DNA from: Cirrosporium novae-zelandiae
Taxonomy: Eukaryota
DNA: 64,000 nt
Direction of reading: 5' to 3'
Assembly: GCA_026023565.1 (NCBI GenBank)
Contig: JAPETS010000015.1
Span: forward strand, 248,001 to 312,000
The translations under genes were made by a program, and so were the position numbers. The stretch's first letter is position 1; each line of letters begins with the position of its first letter. This document shows positions 11,592 to 21,900 of this stretch, piece after piece. The notes below the pieces were generated by a model. The model was not told where the DNA came from, ran no database searches, and was given only the letters and a program-made list of their open reading frames with translations.

Positions 11592-13180
11592 CCTGTAACC
11601 ATAGTATGAAACTTGCATAAATCTTAACACAAGACTAGACATCCCGCCTACAGACATACAATAACCTCTACTTTACCCAGCCCTGCTTCCTTCACCATCC
11701 TGATCTCCAGTTTTCCTCCAGTGGTAAGCTTTAATCATACCTAGGAATCACTTCCTATTGTAAAGATTACTTTGGTACGAAGAAGGAATGGTTGCTTACT
11801 ACATATTTTCCTCTACAGAATTAATCCTTTAGAGTCCATTTTTGTTTGCTCTTTTTCGCATTCTTGATCAATATTATTTCTGACTTATTTCCTACCTAGC
11901 CTGTAAGGCCAGGGCTTTATCCCGCTACAACACTTCCCTAGGGTGACCCCAAGAGGCACTGTGTTCAGGTTTACATTCTGGTAGTACGAACGAATCAACC
12001 GACAAGGGTCATCATTGTGTGTTTTGCCCTGAAAAAAGAGTCTTCTTCTACCGGAAGAGAGACTCCGGAAAGCTTATCTATGGAAAGGAGCAAGAGATAC
12101 CAGAATACATTTTCAAGGAACCGATAATGGGGTGCAGTCCTGCTAGAGACCTTGATATGTTTGCCAGTATTCGCTATTCCAACAAATCACCAAGGCCCAG
12201 GGTTAAGTTATATGATAGAAATATTTGACTCCAACAGTAAACCCCCCTTGGCCGCTCGCTTCTCGGAGGACCTCCTCGATATCCTGCCTGCAAGTATGAA
12301 TTTCGAGCCAACACTCAAGTCGTCCTTGGTCTCTATTTTTCTTTGAGGAGGCCCTTATAGCCTACCCTTCTCATATGCAACAGCAGCCGAAAATATTCGC
12401 CGTAGAAATATCTGCTGTGATCATAAGAGAGAGACTATGTACGTGATTGAATGAGACTCAGCGATATCGATATTCCAGAGGATATTGAACCCCCGTCCGG
12501 CAGAGAAGGTGTTAAGATAGCCGATGCGTTGCTTGATATGCCAAAGTTATAACGTATTATACACTCGGAGAGACTCTACAAGCTTCACCCTTCTTACTAC
12601 ATCCATTACCACATCACTATTTTCCGTCATAAGCTTATAAGCGACATGCAGACACTAAAATACATTATCATCATCATTATCACATCACTAGATGCTGACT
12701 AGGTACTGTCCTCCCAGATCCAAATGAAAGATATCTATTCTGATATCGAAGCCCTCCTTGAACTATGACCGAAGAAACGAACTGAAATACTAGAATAATC
12801 AGGTACTACGTGCCGTGTATGACTAAAGCTAAGAAGAGGATGGAGAAGGCAGATTAAAAATGGAGAGAGATGAACATCTCTATATACTCCTCCTATTTTT
12901 TTCGATTTAAGACTTTTTATCATATTCTGTCTGAGGAGGCCTTCCCTCACTTTCACGAAGGCTATCTGAAGGAGCACATATCAGCTGATGAGCATGTTGA
13001 CACTGTGGGTGTCAGGCTAGTCCCCACCCGGGAGTATCAACGTGGTCAGAAAAGATAATAGGCCAGCAAACCCACCGAAAGAAGGGGGGGGAGGGGGTTA
13101 GATGCGTTAAGTACGGGGGTTCTAGGAAAGCAAGTAAATAAAAATCTGGAATAATTTAGTAGGTCGTGGACAGAAATTCC

Positions 13181-13225
<45 letters not shown>
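13181..13225. repeat. (CAT)15 microsatellite
   Basis: Perfect trinucleotide run; source of the spurious poly-Met ORF 13046-13228. Confidence 0.95.
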
Positions 13226-13227
<2 letters not shown>

Positions 13228-14469
13228 CAATTATTTATTTACCGAATCTACCTCCTTTGGGGAGGGGGTCCAGATAGCAGAGAAGGTCTTTCCTTTTTGT
13301 CTCTCCTCAATCTAATGAACTATTTCCCCAATACCATTCATTATTATCGCTGTTCCCTCCATAGCACGCATCACACATCTATCTACCAAATCCAATAGCT
13401 ACATTAATCCAAGCATAGAAAAGTAAAAGTAGCCACACCACAATGTCCAGAAACCCCATCCCATTAAAACTACTTTGCAGACCCGGACACTACTCTTGGT
13501 TTCCTATCTGCCTATCTACCTACCTACCTAGGTACTTATAAACAATAAATAAAAAAATAAAAACCGAAAGAAAATCGGATTAGATATAAATGAGTGTTTT
13601 TGTATTATGTAATGATGATGATCCTATATTTCCTGTCCCATATTTCTCAACACTTTGAACGAAATAGCAATTAACCTAACTCTTGAGTAATTTTTTTTCT
13701 TTTTTCTTTCTTTCTTTCTTTCTTTCCCCCTTATGTCTAGAAGATCATACAGAATAAAATACTTACATCGTCAAGTACTATAATGACATTTATTTATATT
13801 TATATTTATAACAGTCTGGCCGCTGTATGCATGACTAACTAACCCTGCCTAACAACTTGGTATATATGCACACATATATATATACACTATATCCCCTTCC
13901 AACCCCCCTCCTTCCCCCAATCCAAGAACCCATCCATCAACAACCCCCCCACAGAACTCCTCGAATATCTCTCCATCTATCCACCTTCTCCCTCCATCCA
14001 TCTCATTTTCCCCCCAACCCTAACTCCGAGGATTAACTTACTTATTTATCCCACTGCACTCACTCACACCCCCTCAATTCAACTCCCTCCTGTGCCAGCC
14101 ACGTGAATAAATAAAACTGGATAAAAAAAATTTTGTTGGTTTTTGTTTTGTTTGGTTGGTTGGTTGTTAAGTGTTTCAGCCTGCATTCGACACCTCAACT
14201 TCGGTAACCCATCACCGTGCCTCAACACCGTACAGTCCTATCTACTGAGTAATACCCAACCCTCCACAATAGTAATTACCTACAAGCAATCCCTCCCCCC
14301 AAAAAATATATACATTACTCCCTATCAATAACTCAAACTCCTCGCTTAAAAAAGAAAAAACCAAACCAAACCAAACCACACCAAACCACTAAAAAAAACC
14401 AAACCCCCCTCCCGGCCCAAAAATATAACTCCAGATGACCCCATAGGGATCATCAGGTGACCAAGCACG

Positions 14470-14555
14470 TGCCTCCACACGGATTCGAACCGGGGATCTT
14501 AACATCATCACGTGATCTATACGAGTGTTACGCGTTACCACTGCGCCATAGAGGC
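14470..14555 (-). tRNA. tRNA-Thr(CGT) with 14-nt intron (14506-14519)
   Basis: Minus strand GCCTCTA-TG-GCGCAGTGGTAACGCG-TAACA-CT-CGT-A-[intron]-A-TGTTA-AGATC-CCCGG-TTCGAAT-CCGTG-TGGAGGC-A; one C:U mismatch in the T stem. Confidence 0.92.
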
Positions 14556-14991
14556 AGTTCTGCTCGGTTGAAAGTTTGAGGAACTCAAGCAGATTATGAG
14601 GGAGATGGTTTTCTTGGTGGGGGTCGGGGATCGGGGACACGGGAGGTAAAAAAGTTTGGTTGGTTTGGTTTGCTGGGTGGGGCAGGCATGGAAACGGTTT
14701 AATTTTTTTGCATTTTCTTTCTTTTTTTTGGAATTGTTCTGTACATTGATCGTTATGAGCGAAGAATCTTATTTTATCTAAAGACCTGCCTCCCCACAAG
14801 GGTAGAGTAGTTATCTATTATTTTATTGCAATTGTTACTTTTTGGCCTATGGGTTTTAACAACAATCAACCATGGATTTTTACTTCGCTAGTTTGTTGGT
14901 GTAATTTGGGATACAACATTATAAATTATAATCAGGGAACCATTTCTCCATTGAATATCTATAGATATATCATTTTAGAGTCTGTTTACTA

Positions 14992-17895
14992 CTACGTCCG
15001 TTTAGCAAGTTCAATAACCTTCATGGCCGCATCCTCGAATTTGTCAAATGCATGGAGCGGAAGCGCACTATCGGCAATCTATCCAAGCCCACGAAAAAAA
15101 AATCGTTAACATCTGTATGAAAAACGAAACCATTGATCAATGATAAAAGTAGGAGACTTACCAATTTCTGGCCCTCTTCCTCGTTGGTTCCCCTTAGCCT
15201 CACCACAACCGGAACCTTCATCCCCAGATCGCGAAATGCCATTATGATCCCGTTAGCGATCATATCGCAAAGGGTAAGGCCGCCGAAAACGTTGACGAAG
15301 ATGACGCGCACACGAGGGTCGGAGAGGATAATGCGGAAGCTGCTTTTGACGGTTTCGGATGTGGCTTTTCCTCCCGTGTCGAGGAAGTTGGCGCAGCTTC
15401 CGCCGAGACGGGTGAGGTTGTCCACGGTGTTCATGGCGAGGCCGGCTCCGTTTACTGGGGAGATATATTAGATTGATGGGATAGGCGGTAAGATTAAGCT
15501 AACTGACCAAGAGTACCGATGCTACCCTTTCCTTCAAGCCTGGAAGCAAAATAAATATCAGAGCTGGCTTCATCGACCACTTAAAACACGAATTTCATGA
15601 AGTGATGGACTTAAATTGGAAAGTGGGCGAGGGGATTGAGTAAACGCGGAAGGCATTTTCAGTCATCTTTTTGTTTGTCCTTCCGATAGTTTATGTGCTC
15701 TTTCCAACTTGCAAATGACGGGGACATCAGCATCCATACCTAACATAAACAATTCCATCCTTCTCAGCCTCGACCTCTTCTGGAACTTCCTCCTTGGTAT
15801 CCCGCAAATTATGTATGTCGGCCTGTCTCTTGGAACCTTTAAATGCCGCATCATCAAATCCAAATTTCGCTCCTTGGACATGAATCTCTCCACCATCCGT
15901 GAGGGTACATTTTGTCTCTAGTACGAACGCTTCCTTAGCGACAAATATATGATAGAGGGTCTGGAGATGTTTCGAAATGATGGGAGCGGCTGTTAATGGA
16001 ATATCCAAATGAGTAGCAACTTTTGAGATTGTGGAGTCGTCAAGACCTTGAAGATAACTGAAGGGGAATCTTTTAGATTCTGAAAAGACCTGGCCAGGAC
16101 CAGTTGTACGAGAGGCAATAACGCATGGAGCACATAACTCTCGATCGACTGATATTGCTAAAAAATATTCTGGCGAACCTGACGATGGCATCTTCGCTGC
16201 CGGAATTCCAAATGTGTCGAGCATAGCCAAAGTTTGCTGTTGCTTGAGATATAGTGTTCGAACTCGAGTAAATGGGGCTGATGCAACGTTCAGTTGAGAC
16301 CGTCGTCTCATTGTATGGAAACTACGTCGCCGGTTTCCCATATTATAGCTCTGACAAGATGTTAGCAAGCAGTCTTTGTCATTATCTACATGCCAAGCTT
16401 GCCGTCTTTATGGGCTCTCTATTGTTTAATAGCCCTTTCATCCGGGGACCAAATTCCTCTGGGTGCCGGACCATTTGGACTCCTGCATTTTCCAACGTTC
16501 TGAATTTTGTTGTAATATCAGGTTCTCCCAGACTGACCCATGCACCAGCGTGGCCCATTACACGTCCAGGGACCGCACAAATACCCGCAAGCACGGCCAC
16601 AATGGGTCTGTAGCATTTGTTAGCCATTTTCAGTGGCTTTAGCTGCGAGATATACAAAGTCACCTACTTAGGATGTGGGGTTCTATTTCGGTAGTCTTTA
16701 ATCCATTCGGCGGCCTCAATTTCTGCATTGCCGCCAACCTCGCCAATCAATATGATGGCTTGTGTATCATCATCATTCTCAAATAGTTTGAGAGCGTCGA
16801 TGAAGCTGGTACCTGCAATAACATCCCCACCCATACTAATCGCTAAGCTTTGACCAACTCCAGCACGAGTCAGAGACCCAACAGTTTCATAACTAAGAGT
16901 CCCGGATTTCGCAACTATTCCTACATGGCCAGGTGTATAGCAGGATAGAGGCTGAAATCCAATGCGGCAATGGCCAATAGCAGAGATTATCCCAGGTGCA
17001 TTTGCACCCACCAATCTAGATTTGGATTGTGTTCGCAGAATTGAATGGATCTGGGAGAAGTATTAGGAACTTGATTTCTGTGGACGTGAAGATGAACCCT
17101 CCCACATACTCGAAGTAGCTCATGAAGCGGTATGTATTCAGCAACTGCCGCTATAAGAGGTATCTCGGCTTCGATTGCTTCCTCGATTGCTTGTGCAGCC
17201 TGGTGACCAGCAACGTAAACCGCGGTCGCATCTGGGTTCAGACGCTCTTTAGCCTTTGAACAATTCAGCTTTACATGCAGACAAGACTAATATTTAGAAA
17301 TATGATTGCATCCTTACTGCACGAACAGTAGGTAGTACGGGTAATCCAAGATGCTCTCCGTTTCTGCCTGGAGTTACTCCCCCTACAATTTTTGTTCCCC
17401 AAGCAATAGATTCTTTGGCGTTAGCAGTAGCCTGGAATACCGAGTTAGCAATCACTGCAAAGTCAGCCATACATCAAGAGAATCCGGTCATGCAAGGTGT
17501 TCGTCCCAGCTCAGTCTTCATTCAATAATGTATCAAGCGACTAAGATACTAAAGACCATCCGAATAGTGCATGTTACCATATCTCCTTCGCATAGCCTCA
17601 AGGGTTTTGTATTGTTCACATGCCTGTCTTCCTGAAGTACAATCAACAAGACTCATCTTATATAACTCCAAAGGGCTTGAAAAGGTGCATCCAGAGAAGA
17701 TAAGACAAGGATGTTACCTGTAAAGCCTTGAAAGATTACCCTTGTGTGGGAGCCAATTTTGAGATTGGGGATGGTATCCGAGTATGCAAAACAAGAAGAG
17801 CTGGTAGAGAAGCTTGTTGGATGGGGAAGACGCAACACGTTATTATAAAAGATAGAAATTGAACCCTTTGCAGCTCGACGAGAGAAAAAAGGCAT
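14992..17895 (-). CDS. Fused succinyl-CoA synthetase-like alpha+beta protein, probably mitochondrial (about 10 exons)
   Basis: Alpha part: [54 protein letters not shown], phospho-His motif MGHAGA. Beta part: [55 protein letters not shown] at 17895, TAG at 14992-14994; the model needs two GC-AG introns. Confidence 0.85.
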
Positions 17896-18517
17896 CGTGG
17901 TATAAGATGAATTGTCTATCAACTGAGTAGAGATGAAGTTGGGAGTCAAATGGTGTGCAGTATATCATTAGTTTAGTTTCATTCCCGGATTCCAAAATCG
18001 ATTGCAGCGATGTGCAAGATATAAAAGCGACAATCTTGAGTATTAAGTCGAGGAGGTAACATGTTATACCCCAAGCACTGGAATCTTACCCCAGGTTTGC
18101 GGGGTCCGATCCTTGGAAATGGTGACTCTCCTAAACAGCCTCGGTGCGTCATCCTGCGAGATATCGTGAAGAACCCAAAAGCCCCCCAACAGTAGATCGA
18201 TGCTGAATACTGAACGTCGGAGCAGTTAGTCTAACTAACTATTTTGTATTTTCGTCCAAGCAAAAAAGCAAAACTTGAAGAAACAATTGGTCACTTACGT
18301 GTTGTGTCTATCATGGACCTTTTAACAAGCTCAGCTTTGATTTCAGGGTTCATCATGATGCCGCCGTCTCACAAGCCCTTGCCCCGCCGATACTAAATTG
18401 TTCTGATTGCCAATACAATTTCACCAGAGACATTTACACACGCCCCCACTTACCAGCCCGCTACCTAGAGTATTGAGATAGTCGGAGAATTGGAGGACGG
18501 AAATCAAGTCCGACAGG

Positions 18518-19085
18518 ATGCCTTTAAATAAACCCAGTACGGTAACAAAACCCCGTTATTAAAGAACTATCTGGCCTAACGAATGTTCTAGTCGAAGTAA
18601 CAGAGAAATTGGGAAACCTGAAAATATTCGAAGATAAAACACACAAGCCCTCCACTTCCAAGCGTTCGCCTAGTCCTCCTGAACGATGGGATGACGAAGA
18701 AGAATCCGACAGCGGCCCAGAAGCAACGGAATCACTTACCGTACAAAAAATACCAAATCCACCTCCACCTACACCAGTATCACCAGATTCTTCAGCAACC
18801 TCACCGCGAGAGCAGCGGGAAGAATTTATCAGTCCGTATTCACCAAAGTCATATGGCCGAGAAGGCCCAAGATCTTCAGGTCGCCCAGACAAGCAGACAG
18901 CAGTCGCTGGAAGACTCATTGCTGGTGCTTTGGGACTAAAGGCTCCAAGGCGAACAGAAGAGCAAAGGGCATTCGATAAAGCGATGAAAGAAAAGGAAAT
19001 GAAACGCCGAGCCCAAAGCCGAGAGGAAGAGGAGAAAGCCAAGCAGGAGGAAGAGAAAGCAAAGCAGTCGTTTTGGGATGACTGA
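18518..19085 (+). CDS. Conserved fungal hypothetical protein (start uncertain)
   Basis: Motif RPDKQTAVAGRLIAGALGLKAPRRTEEQRAFD, coiled coil, C-terminal WDD; probable first exon MPLNKP joined by intron 18537-18591. Confidence 0.7.
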
Positions 19086-19701
19086 TTACGGAAATAAATA
19101 CAGAGCTTCGGAGTAATGACCTCTTACACACTCAAATACGATGGTATTTCTTAGTCCTTCACACTTCAAGCCCTTTGACTATATGCTGCAACTTAAAAAT
19201 TTTCAAGGACCTCCTGTATGTTGATTTATGAGATCGTAACTCGTACAAGCTTTTAAAATGGGTTATCATGAAACCTATCCAAGGCAAGAGAACGAAACAT
19301 TCCGAGGCATAACATATTCTACTACACCTAACCACTTATCGGATTCATGGGGGATACCTTCAAGAAAAAATGGCACAAACAGAGGAACAACCCCTGGTAA
19401 CGCAGCTTGAAGAAATGTATTGGGAAACCCCTTTTGCTACTGTAAAACCCCGTCCAAATAAAATCCGAGGTAAGAAATAACTCAGAACGTGGGTGCTAAC
19501 ATCCATCGGCCCATATTCATATATTATCTATGCAAGCCTCCATAAATCGAGAAACTCGGGATGACGCCAATAGCGCCACAATGCGTAGTCGTAAAAACAC
19601 CTCCGCTAATAATCGAAGACACCATCATCAAGATCTTGATTTAAACAAGCATTGTTGACGTGGTTTCCAGATCTCCATTCTCAGGTTCTTCCTCATAATT
19701 T

Positions 19702-20352
19702 TCAACAACCACCAATCTGTTCTTGATGTACCTCTAGAGTGTCTCCATCCTGCATCTCGAGCTATAGAAAGAAAAGGTCAGTTTCCGCACAATACCACTA
19801 TAACACTGCCAAAGAGCAACACTACACATCAAAAAACTGAAATAAAGCCGCCAAGTTCAATCAGTAGCTATATGGTTGTCTTGCCACTACGTCAAGTGAA
19901 GCAACTCTGAACTTCATATGTTGTATTTCACATACAAACGGGTCACGCTCACTATTCCAGCAATCAAGTAAAAATAATCATTTTTCCGGGCTTCTAGAAA
20001 AACGATTCCCGTTCGGTGGGCCCACATGGATAGGGTTCTCCTGTAAGTGAAATACGATGCAGATCGCAATGAAAGCCTAGTGGCATAGGGAAAAGCAAAT
20101 ACGAAGTGAAAGAGGTAATCTTACGCTTTCTGGAGAATCTGTTGGGTTCACTCTTGTTCCATCAAACAGAAATCGGACTGTCTTCATGTCTTTTCCCTGG
20201 CGATCACAGAAAGCGTCCATGAGCTTCTTCAGTTGTGTAGTTCTCTTGATTTTGAAAAAAACTTCATTATTGTTATCTGTAACTTTGATGTTTAAATGTT
20301 CAGTGGCTGGAGCCTCGGCCTTTCCTGTTGGAGAAGCATCGTTTTCAGACAT
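19702..20352 (-). CDS. SMT3: SUMO (small ubiquitin-like modifier)
   Basis: EHLNIKVTDNNNEVFFKIKRTTQLKKLMDAFC..RFLFDGTRV..PES|LEMQDGDTLEVHQEQIGGC*; 363-nt intron 19762-20124; probable 5'UTR intron about 20438-20516. Confidence 0.96.
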
Positions 20353-20815
20353 GATTGCCGTTGTAAAGATGGGGCTGCGAGAGAGTTGAGGTTGTAGGGT
20401 GGGGTGTAACGGCCGAAAAGCGTGTCAAACGAATAGCCTACTGCCAGTTAAATTGTCAGAATACCAGACACAAAATGAAGATACCAGAACCGTGTAATGG
20501 ATGAAGGAAAACTCACGTGGGATGTGGGGATGAAGAGGATATAGTGAACGCGTCTGGCGAGGCTGGGATTTTGAGTGGCGCTGAAACCGAGTTGAGGAAG
20601 GAATGAATTGTAAGAGAGAGGATGTTTTAAATGGACTTTTGGGGGGACTTCAAAGAAATCTAGTAACCATCAGGCTGGTGCCCCACGCTTAATCTTAGCG
20701 CCGCGGCAGGGCTGAACCTCTTTTGAATGGTTGCATTGGTCCGCTGGATGGATATTGTTAAACCACAACCGCTCCAATTCAACCAAGATTTATTTTCCCC
20801 AAATACCTAGGTATC

Positions 20816-21225
20816 ATGGTACGGTCACTTGATCTATATCTCAACCAACAAGACTAGCAGCTAATAGCCAGTGCCATCCAAGACTTTGGAACAAGACCTC
20901 AATCATAATCCTCCATGTCATCCTCTTGCAGTGAGTGTTCCAATTAAAAAGAGTCCATCATATTTTATAGCTAATTACCACTTCCAGTGTGCTATTCAAG
21001 GTGAGCAACGAGATGCTTCTAGATGATACGGAACTAATCAAGGAATTAAAAGATTGTCTAACTAAAAACTCCTACCAAGAACAAAAGTGTCAAGCTCAGA
21101 TTGATGCTCTATACCAGTGTTGTAATGCGCTCTATAAGCAAAAGGGCAACGATGCAAAATCCATCAGTTGTCCCAAAGCAAGCCTACTACGACTCAAGAT
21201 GAAACAAAGGGCCGAGGGCAAGTAA
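20816..21225 (+). CDS. CMC4: Cx9C-motif mitochondrial intermembrane-space protein (Cmc4/MTCP1 family), 3 introns
   Basis: Spliced M|PVPSKTLEQDLNHNPPCHPLA|CAIQ|DCLTKNSYQEQKCQAQIDALYQCC...SISCP; the first coding exon is the ATG only. Confidence 0.85.
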
Positions 21226-21900
21226 GTTTTGTCCTGGGAAACATGGTTATAGAAGGAAGAAGAGATAGATCATATCCCTGACCTCTTATGGTACACGAGA
21301 GTAATTATTTTATGTGGTATTTAACACTGCATTTCCAGCCAAGCCTTCAGGTCCCAGTAGAGAATCGGGTTGGAAAGTGTAGCAAGTGTCATTTACTCTG
21401 AGACAACCTTGAGCACGCAAAGGATCCTTAAAGGAATCGAACAAGCACTGATATTCGTAGTGAATGCTAGTTCCGAGACTCTAATGATTGCCTGTTAAGA
21501 CATTGATGTAGAAAAGAGAAAAAAGAACAAGAGAGAAAAATTTCCTCAGTTTTTAAAGTGGGAGCGCCTACGCCAACGCTAGTACTTTAATGCAAGCGAG
21601 CGCGTTTATTTTGGTTCACTGGTTGGCCCAATCCCAATACTGTCTGTCCCTTGGCGCATGAAGCTCCTCTAAAGTTAGTCTATCCGTAAATATACAAGAG
21701 AACTCGATTTCAATCCTAACAAAAACCTTGGATGGGATACCGGCGTAACTAATTATACTTATAGTTTTTTTAATTCAAGAAATTCAAAGTATTACCAAGT
21801 CCTTCATCCTAAATTCTCAACAGAACGCGACATCGGACAATCGTTAGGCTGTCGCATTGTTTTCGCAAAGCGTACCTGAGGTGCTAAGGTAGAGAATCCG

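Noticed and set aside
11890..12450. Coding-looking stretch between the two tRNAs (ORFs 12019-12228 and 12152-12346)
   Set aside because: Stops in all frames after the candidate acceptor and no recognisable family; could be a gene relic but unsupported
13046..13228. Poly-Met ORF
   Set aside because: Reverse reading of a (CAT)15 microsatellite
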